64,000 bases of DNA, taken from NCBI RefSeq assembly GCF_009914755.1, contig NC_060926.1, one strand, 5' to 3'. The translations under genes and the position numbers were made by a program. The first letter of the stretch is position 1; every line of letters starts with the position of its first letter. The notes beneath the pieces were generated by a model that saw nothing but the letters and a program-made list of their open reading frames with translations, was not told the origin of the DNA and did not search any database. Positions 22,074 through 60,897 of this stretch are shown here, piece after piece. This DNA comes from the human T2T-CHM13v2.0 reference genome, Homo sapiens.

Positions 22074-23494
22074 GTCACGCCAAGATACCTGCCCGAGCTG
22101 CACATCTTTTAAGGCTTCCTGGCCGTTCTGTGAAGGAACAGGCTCAAAGCGAGCTACCCGGTGCGGCCGCGGGACCGGGGTTCTCCCGCCAGCTGCCCTG
22201 CGTGCTCTCGCTTCGGCTTCGTGTTCGGAGTTTCTCTCACCCTAGACGCTCCTCCATTCTGCCAATCTGCGGGTCGCTGTCGCTCTTGCCTTTCTCTTTT
22301 GACTCGAGGGGCTCAAACCTGTTACCTGACCAGTTTTCATTTCTAAGGAACGCCGATCACCTTTCTAAGACAACGCCGCAGCTTTCTGCTGCTGCTTCCA
22401 AATTGTGGTTTGTTGACAGCCCATCTGAAAAACTGCTCCGTTGAAGTTTCTTTCCCTTTGCAGTCCTCCTGCAGTAAATCCTGTAAAAGTTTTAGCATCC
22501 AATAATAGATGTTCTGTTATTTCGGTCTCATTTTTCCTATCTTATTCCCGCTGATTTTTACTCTACTTAATTGAACAAATATTTTGATTATCGGTTTTCT
22601 CTTGCGCTGGGAATATTAAGATAAATGACATCGTTTCTGTCATCAAAGATTGGCGTATAATCAAATATCACAAAGGCTTAATTTAAAAGCTACACCACCT
22701 TGAAAAAGCAAGTTCCCTTTCTGCTCCCTAGCGCGGTCTTAGATATCCTGGCCCCTCTCCGTTTTCACTTGTCCTGTTCCCAGTTTCTTTCACGATTCAC
22801 CTGCCAACTGGCAACAGCATCCGCCTACCAAAGGTACACCAAAGTCCTTTCAAGTTACTCTCTGTAAATATTTGCCTTCTCCGAAGTCTGACAATATGTC
22901 ACTATAAATTCACACTACAACAGTGGCAAAAAGGAAGGCCCCTGAAAACAATTTAACAAATGCAAATGAAATTAAGCACTTATTTTGTCACCCTAACAAG
23001 TTATCTGAAATTCTTACGTTTTGTAGGACGTACTTGTGGGTTATCAGACTTGATGGCCATGAAAAAATGTAAAGATCTAGGCTGCTGAGTGACATGTCAG
23101 GGAAAGACATCCTGTCCCTGTCCTCTCTCCCCTCCCCCCCTTTCCCATGGCTACTTGCAGAAAGGACAGGAAACACATTGTGTCTGCTCTGGTTGCAAAT
23201 AAAGATGGAGAACTCTCTTCTCTCGCTTAATTAATGTTTCTGCTTTATGAATTCATTCTTTATTATCATCAAAGATTGATCCAGGCCTGGCCAAATTCCC
23301 TGTGCCATAACTTATTTTGGCTGTCAGTGTCCTTTGAGATACAGCCCAGTCTTCTCATTTACAGCTCAAGGAACTAAATTCCAAAAAAATTGAGACTTGT
23401 CAACAATGAGGCCTTGAGTGAGACGACATATCCGACAATTCCTTTAAGTCAATTCATAGCAGACACAAAATGTAATTAAATGTATAGATAATCT

Positions 23495-23585
23495 GGACTA
23501 CCACACATATACAAAAACTATTTTAATTCGTAGTTCAACTTTATTACTCACAATACTTTTTTTGCTTTACGAGGACTCATTTACA
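23495..23585 (-). terminator. Candidate distal poly(A) site (TGTA...AATAAA...GU/U-rich element)
   Basis: AATAAA at 23545-23540, TGTA about 40 nt upstream, TTTTTGTATATGTGTGG downstream. Confidence 0.55.
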
Positions 23586-23589
23586 TTTT

Positions 23590-24302
<713 letters not shown>

Positions 24303-24388
24303 TTAAAAAGAAGGCCTTCCCTTAGAGTTCTGGTGCCCTAAGTTGCCTTAAAACTATAGGACTATGAATCCCATAATTATCACTTATT

Positions 24389-27134
<2,746 letters not shown>

Positions 27135-29003
27135 TATTTTTCTAAAACTGTCCAAAATGACCAGTTATTTGGGGCTCTGACTCTTTAACTGCTCAAAGAA
27201 AGGTCCTTAAGTTGAACTTGATGGCTCTTTTAGAATTATGGCCAGGAAAAAAAAAAAAAAGAACTGCTTGATTGACAGGAGAAAAGGCCTCCCCAAGGAT
27301 TAAGAGAACTTTAGGGAATAGAAATATGCAATAACCCATTGTTTATCCACCTCTTCTACCACCTCCTCACTCCCTAATCTCTCCCACCTCTCCTTTCTGC
27401 CTACCCTGCTTCAGGGGGCCAGTCTCTGTTTCTGCCTTTCTCAGATTCCAGCCAAACTTACTCCCTAAATTTGAAGTCTGGTAATGGCTGAGTTGGGGAA
27501 ACAGCCAGTATTAAGTTAGGAATGAAGGAATTGTAGCATCTAAAATTTTTCTTGGAGTCCAAGAATTAAATCTATACCAGTCTTGTGATAGGATGAGAAA
27601 ATTGCTCATATCAGTTGTCATTATTGTTACTACTATTTTCTTTTGGAAGAGTATGATTGAAGTTAGGGAGTTGCCTAATTTTAATTTCTAAATTGATGTT
27701 TTATTTCGTTAAATTTAATAAATTCAATGAAATAAAACTTAATTTAAAATTAATTTTGTAGTGACTGATATTTACAGAAATAGATACTTCAAATCTAAAA
27801 TCAGGATTACTTTGACAAATCTAAATATCTAATACAGGGGAGATTGAAATGATAATACAGCTCTGAAGCTGTAGCAAGACTTCTCTTGGAATATTAATGG
27901 TGATCAACTTCAGATTCTATTTCTCTAAGCAAAGGTAAACTGGTTTTTGAACACATTCTTTTCCTTTCTCCCCATCAATCCCATGCCTTGCTTCCCTACC
28001 CCTTTTCTCTTTTAAAATTTCCAATGAGTGTAGGCTCTATTCAACAGATTGTTTTCTTTTAGTAACTGAGGTGTCCTCATTTCTAAGCCAGAAACTGAAT
28101 TTCAAACAATTAACGTCTACTTCATTACATAAAAATAACTGTGTGTGTATGTGTGGTGTATAGAAAAAGAACGTTTTTTATGAGCTTGCTATTCCTGTCA
28201 ACTCTGCAGCTGAGATGCACTCATTTCCAGGTATAGCCACTTTCTCAGCAGACGACACTCAATTTTCATTTAGGCTTGAATTGCTCAGAACAGTACTGCC
28301 TTCCCAAGCTCCCACCTGGTAGTGCTTAGACATAAATTAAGTTGATCCTCAAAAAAATTCAAATCTGGTACAATATTTTTTACAAATATGATGGGCGAGG
28401 GGGAGGTGGAACGAAATCTGGGCACTGTGCAAGAAAAACAAGAGAAATGAATGAAGTTGAAGAAATCCAATACATTTTGTTTCATTTTGAACACATTGTT
28501 TTCCTTAGATCTTCTAAAACAGGATTTAACCTATTTCGCTTGTACTATATCTCTCTCCCTCTACTCTCCAGGCCCTCAATATTCTACTGTTGTTCAATAT
28601 GTGTTAATTATAGTACTTGCAGTTGTTCTCTGTAATGGAAAATTCTATCATTATCTATGTTATCTTCTCTCCCAGATTTCCCCTCAGCTGCAGGACATGA
28701 AGTAACAAGAGTGGGAGTGGTTGGAACCAGCTTATATACACTTTCACGTGAACTCTAATACATAACATTATTCCTGATAAACTGATAGTATTCAAGCTTA
28801 AGGAGCCAATATATAAAAATTCATTGTAGGGGAAAAAGATAACTTAAATAACATGGTTTTTAGTATATGGCAATAACCAAATTAATGCTGCAACTTTTCT
28901 TTATAAGAATGTAGCCGGATTAAAATGTTAAAGAAAGAGTATAAATAAGCTAGAAGATGACGGTGGGATGGGGAGCATTTTTGGCAAAATTGAAATACCC
29001 TGA

Positions 29004-33247
<4,244 letters not shown>

Positions 33248-33469
33248 GAAGGGTCTACAGAAAGCATAAAGATGTACTGAGAGAGAGAGGAAGGGAGACA
33301 GGGAGGGAGAGGATCATTGCTAATGCATGATGCAGTCTACCCTAAAGTGGGAAATGATGGGAGAAGCCAAGAACAGCAAAAAATAGCCAAGGCAGAAATA
33401 AACATACTTTATAAATAGATGAGGGAAAAGGGGTTACGTGTGTACATGCATGTGTGCAAAAAAATAAGG

Positions 33470-35660
<2,191 letters not shown>

Positions 35661-36050
35661 AAGATAAATGTTCAGAAAGTGACTTGCTTTTGATAATACT
35701 TGTTCAGTCTGTTACACTGTGCGGTAAAACTTGGTGTTTAAAATTTGCTAAATGCTGTGGCAAACATTCATTGTGTGAATTATCTATTTCGTACGGTAAA
35801 ATGCCCACTACATGAAAGAATGGCATCACTGTAATTATGCCTAATTCATTTTTGTATCCCCTGCAGCACTTAGCTTGATGCCTTATACACAGTAGGCATT
35901 CAATAAATATTTGATGAAGGAAACTAACCATCATAGCCAGAACTTGAGGTTCTGTAATTACAAAACATAACTGAAGCCAAATTTTAGCCATTAAAAAAAG
36001 CAGAATATTATATTACATTTAAACATTTTAGTGAACCTTTAAATGAGAAT

Positions 36051-36056
36051 TTTAAT
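36051..36056 (-). terminator. HEATR5B: Second poly(A) signal ATTAAA
   Basis: tttaat on +; CA about 20 nt downstream, then U-rich sequence. Confidence 0.55.
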
Positions 36057-36165
36057 TGTTACCAACTAAAATATACATAGCATAATTTAGTAATTTGATA
36101 TGAAAGCTAAAAGATCCATCAGAAAGATAAGGACATTTTGGGAAATGCTTAGAAAATGCTGTGAT

Positions 36166-36171
36166 TTTATT
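36166..36171 (-). terminator. HEATR5B: Proximal poly(A) signal AATAAA
   Basis: tttatt on +; TGTA element just upstream on the transcript. Confidence 0.6.
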
Positions 36172-36626
36172 CATAGTATATACACCACAAAACAGACACT
36201 TTCCATTATTTTGATTACTTCAAAATTTAAAATCTGCTTGTTTTTCAATTGATTTTTTTCATGACAGATGCTGAGTTCTGACCCATTTTTTTCCCCTGAC
36301 AGTATCAATAGGCTGCCCGACTACATGATACAATTGTTTTTAGCATTTAAATTTAAGACTATGGCTCAGTGTTTGAAAAATAAATAAGTTAACAAAAGAG
36401 AAACATTATTAGGAGGAAAATGAAAACATATTCACCACATGATAAAAAAAATCACTCCTTAAAAATCAATAAGTGGTGTGAGCATTATTTCACTTAACCT
36501 ACTTGGAAGCACTATAATACCAATATACAAATAAAACAGAACCCATAGGTAGCCTGGAATGATACAGTGGCCATCACTAATTAGGGGCTAGTTGACAACA
36601 TAAATACAAATAAATGAAATTACAAA

Positions 36627-36931
36627 TTAAAAAAAACTTGTTTTTAGCTTAATTGTTGGTGCAGAATGTATGGCGGGGGCTGGTTGTCTGGCAGCCGCTT
36701 TAGCTTTGCTCGCTTGGCTTGCTCGAACGGCAGTTTCTAGACGCACTTTCAACTCAGGAGCAGCCCCCATTACTGTCTTGAAAGCATGTGGATACAGAGG
36801 TCCAATATGCATTAAATTCTGGAGTGCAAACTCATGAAGATCTTTGGAAGCTGAACTTGCTGAGGCAAAAGAATTTTCATCCAGCAGGTAAGATATCAAA
36901 GTGGGAACTAAAAGAGCAAGTAGCTGGACTC
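36627..36931 (-). CDS. HEATR5B: HEATR5B terminal coding exon ([22 protein letters not shown]...[11 protein letters not shown])
   Basis: tttacag|GA acceptor; TAA at 36629-36627; C-terminus IKLKTSFF recognised as HEATR5 family. Confidence 0.95.
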
Positions 36932-37998
36932 CTGTAAATAATAAAGTATGAAAAAAGATCACAAACATAAGGATTATAATAAACTTTAAAAACTAGGCAA
37001 TTGCCATGGAAGACTGAACATAATAAAATATAAGTACACATGCACAGCCTACTTTAGACCTCAATAACTCGTAATTAATATTAAATATTTACTAAATGTA
37101 CAAGCTGGAAACCAGGTTTGTTAATATTGTATATTTTACATTTATATTAATTTGCTTTACTTAAAAAAAAAAAAGGGCCAAAGGTTAAAAAGTAATAAAA
37201 CACTTTACAATTGCCACCTGGTAGAATGTATCTTGAGAGTAAGATTATAAAATTTTTACGGGCATTCTAGAATCAGGAGATTGGAGTGAGGAACAGAAAC
37301 CTGAAAAGCATCTATTTACCATTATTTAACTAACACTAGTTGTTTCTTTCCTCTTTAAGTAGAAATACAATACAACTTTTTTCCTATTTCATCATCCCCC
37401 AAAACTCACAGTGAGGGGAAATTCCTCAAAACTAAGGGAATACATAAGCTTAGGGTTAAAAAAACAAGAACCTATGTCCGACTGATATAAATTCCAAGTC
37501 CTTAAAAAAGTATTTATTTGGAGGCTTCATCTCCTTTTGTTAGTCTTTTGTCTTTACTTATATTAACAACTCCATCCTGGGATATAAGTTTCATTAAAGG
37601 TGATTTTTTTTAACAATTAACCTTTATATGTAATTGTGTGTGTGTATAACATCTCATAATCACATTGAGAATTACGCGTTCTCCCCCTTAATTACTGTTA
37701 ATTTTTGTAGAATGACAACTGACGCAATTGTAAGGCAGGAGGAAGCATCTGGTAGAGAATGTGTGACACTCACTGATGTCAGCAAGGACAGTGATAATAA
37801 TCAGTGAAGCCTTTCCAGAATCCCAGTTCCACCCTGGACCTTACTCCCTATTTTCTTTCCCTGCTGTATTTTTTTCTTCACAGCTCCTATCAATTCCTGC
37901 ATCTAACTATAGATGTTATATCTACATCTAAAATTGATATATCCATCATCACTATATAAAATTGCACAAAGATACATGTCTACATATAACAGACACAG

Positions 37999-38000
<2 letters not shown>

Positions 38001-38046
<46 letters not shown>
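38001..38046 (+). repeat. (AC)n microsatellite
   Basis: Directly visible. Confidence 0.97.
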
Positions 38047-38048
<2 letters not shown>

Positions 38049-38381
38049 ATAGGGGACGAGAAGTGTTTATTGTCTGTGTTTTCCTACCAGAAATGTAAGC
38101 TCCATGAGATCAGGGACCTTTGCCTGTTTTATTTCACGAGAAATTCTCAATGCCTAGAACACTACCTGGTACACAGCCATCCAGTAACTATGCTTTGAAT
38201 GAATAAACATACATACTCTTTCTCTTGGCAACTACCCAGAAGTTTCCAATTAAATGGATTTGTTTCCATATTAAGTTTTCAGAAAAGAGGTAAAAAGCTT
38301 ATTTTTAAAGTCCCAGGTAAATCCTCCAATCTTCTAGATTTAGTTCAATTTCCCTCATGTACAATGTTAATAGTATTATAG

Positions 38382-43699
<5,318 letters not shown>

Positions 43700-43780
43700 C
43701 TGTTTCTAATATCAAATAAGATTTATATACAATACAGATCTTCATTCTGAACTAGTAGCTTTTTATAAGAATATACTTAC

Positions 43781-43994
43781 TGTTTTGTTCTTCACCAAGA
43801 GCAACCAGTGTTTCAAGAACTTTTATTCCTTCTTGAACCGCTAAAAGCTCTATGTTACTGGCTGGTCTGTTTCTTTCAACAGCTTTTAGCTTTTCAACCA
43901 CTATTGGAGCTAATGAATGAATATAAGGAGTTGAAAGGGCACGATTGGAATGCTGGAAGACTGAGAGGAGAAGCTGGTAACATTTGGCTTGAAC
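43781..43994 (-). CDS. HEATR5B: HEATR5B penultimate exon ([30 protein letters not shown]...LVALGEEQN)
   Basis: atatag|GTT acceptor, A|GTAAGT donor, 214 nt, phase 0 to 1. Confidence 0.93.
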
Positions 43995-44191
43995 CTATAT
44001 AAGAAGAACATATTATCAATTAACATGTGTATAGTTCTTATTTGCTCTACAATCACATTGCATCTTACTATGTACTGAAAATAAGTGATACTGCAGGACA
44101 AAAATGGAAATTACATTTTCTACTTAGAGAAATGGAGTAGAATAGAATTTTGTGACAAAAATTAGTCAAAAATGTTCATATATTTTAATGA

Positions 44192-49440
<5,249 letters not shown>

Positions 49441-49887
49441 AAAAACGAAAAACAATGTTGAAGCAATTAAGAGTGATTCATTAGATCCAAGAAGATTTTT
49501 GTACGTTTGTACATGTTCACATGCATACATATCCTTTTTAAAGTGAAAGATGCCAGATTTTGTAACAGGAAATAGGATTTCCATAATGGAAATACTCTAT
49601 TATAAAACTTTGCTTGTTAAGCAAGGGATCTGCTTGCCTCGATATACAAATATACAAATATGCCTGTGGCTTTGATCCCTACTTCATAACTGGCTGTGTC
49701 TCCTATGAACTCAGTTCCAGACAGAATACCTCAGGCAAGTTAATTCTATTATCAGACCTTTAAATTCACCTCATATGAATGAACTAGCTTGATAACATAT
49801 CAAAACTTTCCCTTAATGAACAATTTCAAAAATATTGACTCTAGACCCCCTCAACAAAAATTAAATTAATTATTTTAAAACAAATTC

Positions 49888-53001
<3,114 letters not shown>

Positions 53002-54069
53002 AGTCCTCTGCCATTCTAACGTAAAACATTCACCTATATTTTCTTTGTTTTCCTGTTTAAAACATTTTATGTTATTATTTTATCTGGTACTTGTTTTGAT
53101 TCATGATATAAGAGCCTAAATGAAATTTATTTCTCAAACAGCTAACCAATGTGCTTTTATCATATATTATATTTTATCATATATTACATTCTCACATGGA
53201 TGAATGTCTGTTTCAAAGCAATCTGTTCTGTTCCACTGATTCTTGGGCCTACTCCACAGTTTTAGATAACGTGGAAATGTTTTAATAGGTGAGATGACAA
53301 ATCCTTCTTTACTATTCTTTGTTTTCAGTTATTTTATATTTTCTTTACAAAAGAAATAAACCTTGAAATAAAAAGTCAATCAGAAGAAAAACACAAAAAT
53401 GTAAGCATTTCACCAAAAATTAAACATAGACATGAAAAATGTTAATGCTTACTAAGAAAATGAGTAATGCAAATTAAAACCGTAAGACAGTATATTTTAC
53501 CAAACACAGCAAAATTAAAAAGTCTAACAATATCAAATACTGGTGAGAATGTGGGAAAATACAGATTATCATGCTCTGCTGGTGAGAGCGTAAATTCATG
53601 TAGCTATGTTGGAGGTCAATCTGGCAATGTCTGATGACATTGAAATGTACCATCGATTCTACTTCTAGGTGTACATCCTAGAAAATCTCTCACAGCACAC
53701 GTGCATGAGAAATTTGTAAGGATGTTAATTGCAGCAATCTTTTTAACTGGGATAAATTAGAAACAACAAAAATATCATTGACAGGGAAATGAATAATAAT
53801 TGATAAAAACATATGACAGAAACTATATGGGAGTTAAATGAGAGTTTTATATATTCACATTAACAGATGTAAAAAAAGTTATTGTTGAGTCACAGAATGA
53901 GATGACATTATTTATGTAAATTTTAAAACAGAAATATATATTGCTCATAGTTATCTTACTCTCTATATAACACATATATAAATATATATTTAATATAACT
54001 GACACATACTCATATAGAAAACATACTTATTTATATAGATAGATATTTCTAAGAAAAAACATAATATCA

Positions 54070-55586
<1,517 letters not shown>

Positions 55587-55722
55587 TGAAAGATATGACT
55601 AACATACCTCTCTGAGATGATTCATTGTTATACAGCAGTTTTCTGATAAGCTTATTCAACTAATTCATTACTTAGGGAACACATATCCTAACTAACTAAA
55701 ACGTTTAAAACTGATAGGTTAC

Positions 55723-55950
55723 CTGGTTGAGAATATTCCAGGATGCAAGCAAGCGTGCTACGAATCAGAGCTGTCCACTGTTTTTGAACGCCAGCCTCAG
55801 TTTTGGCCATTGAAAGTGTCACAATACTTTTAATCCCTTGAAGAGCTGCACTGACTGGTGGAGGAACCTGATTATCTGCAGACTTTATTGCTGTGTCTTT
55901 CAATATTCTTGCAATTAAGAACAGAATTGTGGGCAGGATTGTCATACATC
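55723..55950 (-). CDS. HEATR5B: HEATR5B exon ([32 protein letters not shown]...ILEYSQP)
   Basis: tttcag|GA acceptor, G|GTAACC donor, 228 nt, phase 1-1. Confidence 0.94.
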
Positions 55951-56659
55951 CTGAAAGAAAAACAAATCAGATCACCTCATAACTATTCAGTTCCCATATT
56001 ATAGTTGTTTTCATTGCTTGTATTTTTTGCATTTGATTGTGGTTTAATATTGTTTTTTTCCTTGTCTTTATACAAAATTTACTGTATTACTACTACTATA
56101 ATTCAATGTTTGAAAAAGAAAATAAGAAAGTGTCATATTATTTCAAAGACAGAATTGGTATTTTCTTTCTTTTTCCAGCTAGCCTTATTTTTATTACTTC
56201 TAATACTTCACCTATTTAATATTTCATGCCCTGTGTAATGAAAACGAAAAAGGAAGACAGAAAAACAGGAAAAAACCACACCAGATACTGTGGGAAGCAT
56301 CTGAGTAACTTCATGAGTTTTATAGCACTTGTAAAACATGTAATCAATCCTCAGTCTACTAAAGTCAACCTAATCAGACCAGGAAAGTAAAAGGACTACT
56401 GGGGCAAGGAAAGAAGAAATGAAATAATCCTAGAATTTGTAACTGAAAATTCTAGGTCATGAAAATTCAACCTCCCACAAAAGGAAAAAATACCTTCACC
56501 ACTCTGACCTGCAGCCATTGTAGCCTCTGCTTGCAAAACTCCAAATATGGAGAATTCATTATTTTCACATATGTAGGGTAACTCTAAGAGGTAGAAAGGT
56601 CTTCCGTGAGTTGAGCTGAAATTTATCTCTTTATCTGATACCATTTTTACCTTCCAGAT

Positions 56660-56924
<265 letters not shown>

Positions 56925-57442
56925 TGAGTAGCTGGGATTACAGGGCATACGCCACCAGGCCCAGCTAATATTTTTGCATTTTTAGTAGAGATGGCATTTC
57001 ACCATGTTGGTCAGGCTGGTCAGGAACTCCTGAGCTCAGGTGATCCACCTGCCTCAGCCTCCCAAAGTGCTGGGATTATAGGCATGAGCCACCGCACCTG
57101 GCCTTGAGTTTTTCAGTGTCACTCAAGAGTGGCAACCAGACTGGAAAACAGAGTTTAGTTATTCCACTTTATGTCTATCTGCTGACACTGTCTTTCCTCA
57201 ACCTGTAGTTCCATGTCTTATTTGAAACACATCTGAAAAGAGCACCTTAGGTTTGTGACTTTTTGAATCTTTAATCTTCATAGGCTCCTAAAGGTAGACA
57301 AAACCTTAAAAAAAGACCAGCTTCTTATTTTTCACTTGAGATTTAAGAGGAAACTGGGTTATAACAGTGCTTAAAATCAAAGGCAAGCTCATCTTTGTCT
57401 ACTGTAATATAATGCATTTCCAAATACTGATCAATACCGTAC

Positions 57443-57709
57443 CAGCGGGTGAACAAAGGGATGGTAAATCAGAGAGTATGGTAACTGTGGCTGCCACCAA
57501 ACGAGCACTTTCTTCTGATAGTCGAGTTTTAGTGGCTATGTGACTTGGAGAGTCTGACACCTTGGTACTGAGATGTGGCATATGCCGTACTAAAATGAAC
57601 ATCAGCAGCTCCATAGTTGCAAACACAAGAGATTTTCCAGGAATGAGACCACCGCTGTCACCTCCTTCTCCCAATACGGTACAGGCCTCTTTTTCCATAT
57701 CATCTTCAT
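57443..57709 (-). CDS. HEATR5B: HEATR5B exon ([35 protein letters not shown]...LPSLCSPA)
   Basis: cctcag|AT acceptor, G|GTACGG donor, 267 nt, phase 1-1. Confidence 0.94.
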
Positions 57710-57972
57710 CTGAGGTAAAAGATAATTTGGTGAAATTTCCAGCCAAAAAAAAGTATGTAAAACAACACAAGTATATTTAGGAAATTCCTTCAAAAGAATT
57801 TATAAGCAAATGTCAAATAATGTCACACGTCCTTCTCTGTATAATTCTCTGCCTCCCTAGAATTCTGTGCATTGATCTGTCCTTAAAGGTAACAGACAGT
57901 TCATTTTTCACTTGGAAAATCTTTATCAGGTATTTTTATTGGGTATATATTTTGTAATAGGAATAACACATG

Positions 57973-58047
57973 TTAGGTTGAACCAGATGAAATTGACAAA
58001 AGGTGAAAAATAGTCGACTCTCAGCAATTTCATTTGGTCCTTTCTAA
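57973..58047. mobile_element. MADE2-type mariner MITE (palindromic)
   Basis: About 75 bp with inverted arms ttaggttgaaccagatgaaattg / caatttcatttggtcctttctaa. Confidence 0.7.
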
Positions 58048-58186
58048 TGAAAATAAAATCAATTTCAAATCTTCTAAATGTATGATTAATTCTTTTTTTA
58101 ATTAATAACTTCTGGCCAGGTGCCGTGGCTCAAACGTGTAATCTCAGCACTTTGGGATGCTGAGATGGACGGATCACTTGGGCTCA

Positions 58187-58428
<242 letters not shown>

Positions 58429-58679
58429 AGCTGGGCTTGGTGGAGTGTGCCTATAGTCTCAGCTACTCAGAAGGCTAAGGCAGGAGGATCCTAAGCCCAG
58501 GAGTTACAGACTACACTGAACTATAATCACATCATTGCGCTCCAGCTTGGGTGACCGAATGAGACCCTGCCTCTAAAAAATAAAATAAGAACTATAGAAA
58601 TATGTCCTGGCGTTAATATTTTAAAAATTAGAGTATAAAATAAGATTTACTTCAAGTTAGTGTAATTTCTAGTGCTTAC

Positions 58680-58824
58680 TTAGAGTGTTTCTTTTCTCTT
58701 GCAAATAATCCTGAGCAGCTCTTACTATCTGTTGTACAACTCCAGTAACCAACAGCTGGACAGATGATGGATTCCAGGTCAATAGAAGGCGGTGCAAAAC
58801 ACTCAGCAACTCAACACCTATCAG
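58680..58824 (-). CDS. HEATR5B: HEATR5B exon ([48 protein letters not shown]); absent from the ORF track
   Basis: tattag|CTG acceptor, A|GTAAGC donor, 145 nt, phase 0 to 1; amphipathic HEAT-like helices; bridges the neighbouring exons in frame. Confidence 0.92.
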
Positions 58825-59349
58825 CTAATACAAATAAATACAAATACAGTTAAGTAATTTCAATCTCAAAGAATAACTTTATATTGTTAAAATCTGAGAA
58901 AATACCTATGTAAAAAAAGAAATCAGGTAGCTAAAATTAAAATATAGGACTACGTAACAAATAAGAACATTGTAAAAATCTTGAGAAATGGTCACATTTT
59001 ACTCCTATGTATTTTCAAGCAACAAATGATTTATTATTTACATATTTAAATGTGCTTTATATTCAGAGATGATCATTCTCCTATTGGAAGGAAATAATTG
59101 AGCTAAATAGTATTGTAGAGTCCAGTGCTGCTAAAATTTATAATTTCTAACCTGAGCTGAATATCCAAGAATTTCTACAACCTCTGCCTACCACAGATTG
59201 TAGAAATCTCTGGTGAGTTCCTCTTCTATTCACTTCAGCAACTACTACAAACTTTTGCCACCCACTTTAAGCTTCTTACTCACAATCTTCCATACCAAAT
59301 CCATCCAATGAACCTAAATGAAATTTCAAAGAGGGGGAAAAGACTTAAC

Positions 59350-60640
59350 TGCAACCAAAGCCACCTTTACCTCTTTCCTTAAGATCATGTGTTCAGCCTC
59401 TTATGTGAGGCTTAATCTGAGGTTAATCTTTCCTTATGTGCTCCTATCCTAACCTATTTGACTTCCTAGGGATTCTTCAAGGACTCTGATCATATCTCGT
59501 ATGTTTTCAACTTCTCTCTCTAGTTAGGCTACTCTTGTCAGTATAATGACAATGCTCAAGTCTTTCTTATCACATGTCCCCCCTGCACTATTCCCAAAGC
59601 CTCCAGATCCTTTTATCTACCCTATGTCCTCCTCTATGTATCTGGCTCCTTCCTTTCCCAGCCTAGATGCTTCCACTTCCTTTACTCTCTTATTCACTCC
59701 TCAATCTTCTACTATCTGGCTACTGGTCACCTCAAACAATCCTCTGCGGGAGGTCACCAATAGCCTCCTCTAGACTCATTTCTGTGCTTATTTACTCGAT
59801 TCTTTCTTTTGAGACTCTGTCTACCCTTCTTGAAACTCCTCCCTTGTCTTTGATAACTCTGTTCTCTTTTGGTTCTCCTGAAACTTCTCTAGCAGTTTCC
59901 ACTGTTGATTTATTTCCTTCTTCTCAATTTTTAAATGCTATTTATCCTCAAGCTTCCAATCTTGGTCCTCTTTCTTCTTCCTTTATTCAGCCTTCCTAGG
60001 CTAGTGTTATCATTTCTCTGGAATTATGAAAAAAGCCTCAGAACTGGCCTCCCTGTCTCCCTTCCCATCTCTTACAAACCAACCTACCTCTACGGGCTGA
60101 CAGAATGATCCTTCTGAAATATAAAGTTAGTTACATCATTCCTCTACTTAAACATTTTTAATGATTCCCTATCACTTTCAGGATAGGGTTCAAACTCTTT
60201 TACATGTCATCAAGAAACCTTCATGATTTGGTCTTCACCTTGTTGTCCAGCCTCATCTAACAACCTCATGTTCCATTCATATCGGCCATAGTAAATGGCT
60301 ATGCCCTTGAACTTGCCGTGTTCTCTCATGCCTCCTAGTGTTCGTATTTGCTATTCTTTCTGAGAGGAAAACCCGTCCCGCATGTGTTGCCTCACTAATT
60401 CCTCTTGAAGATTTGATTCAACCATTGCCCACTCTGAGAAACCATCCTTTGCTTTCCTATCACAACATCGGGCTCCTCCTCTCTATTCTAATTGCAGCTT
60501 TACATGCACTAAAATAGCACTTACCACACTGTACCTATCTCCTAATTCAGGCACAGTGAAACTGCTTTCACTATCTATAACCTCAAACCACGTTTGAGGC
60601 AGACCAGGCACAGAGTAAAAGTAACTGGGTGAATAAATAC
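59350..60640 (+). mobile_element. L2 LINE fragment
   Basis: Long C/T-rich stretch with L2 motifs (ggcctccctgtctcc, cattcctctacttaaacatttttaatg). Confidence 0.6.
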
Positions 60641-60769
60641 AGGGAGTCAGTGTATTCATATCATGTTAAAATAGGATCCAATACAGAAAAAAAATCCATC
60701 CTTTTTTCCATTGTAAAGCAATACTCAAAAAAAAACCACACAAGTATCTATCATAGCAATACACTGTAC

Positions 60770-60897
60770 CTGATCTTCTGCAATATGGACTCGAGCATAA
60801 GGGGAGTCTAGCAAGGTATGTAAGGCCTGCAGGCATGCTGTAACATGTTCAATGGGCTCCTCAGGTCTAGGGGAACAAAGAAACTGTATACTCACAC
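60770..60897 (-). CDS. HEATR5B: HEATR5B exon ([43 protein letters not shown])
   Basis: tttcag|GT acceptor, CAG|GTACAG donor, 128 nt, phase 1 to 0. Confidence 0.94.

Larger units (their letters stand above)
20930..22310. promoter_or_regulatory. STRN: CpG island / STRN promoter and 5'UTR
   Basis: Sharp rise in GC and CpG content around exon 1; GC boxes at 21820-21829 and 21891-21903; no obvious TATA box. Confidence 0.92.
36030..36626 (-). other. HEATR5B: HEATR5B 3'UTR (end approximate)
   Basis: Repeat-free AT-rich sequence between the stop codon and the poly(A) signals. Confidence 0.75.

Noticed and set aside
20979-22444. Many overlapping Pro/Gly/Arg-rich ORFs on both strands
   Set aside because: Expected from stop-codon scarcity in a CpG island; only the STRN frame has a recognisable product, Kozak context and splice donor.
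59171-59207. Hairpin ATTTCTACAA...TTGTAGAAAT
   Set aside because: A 10-bp AT-rich stem with no recognisable RNA-family features.
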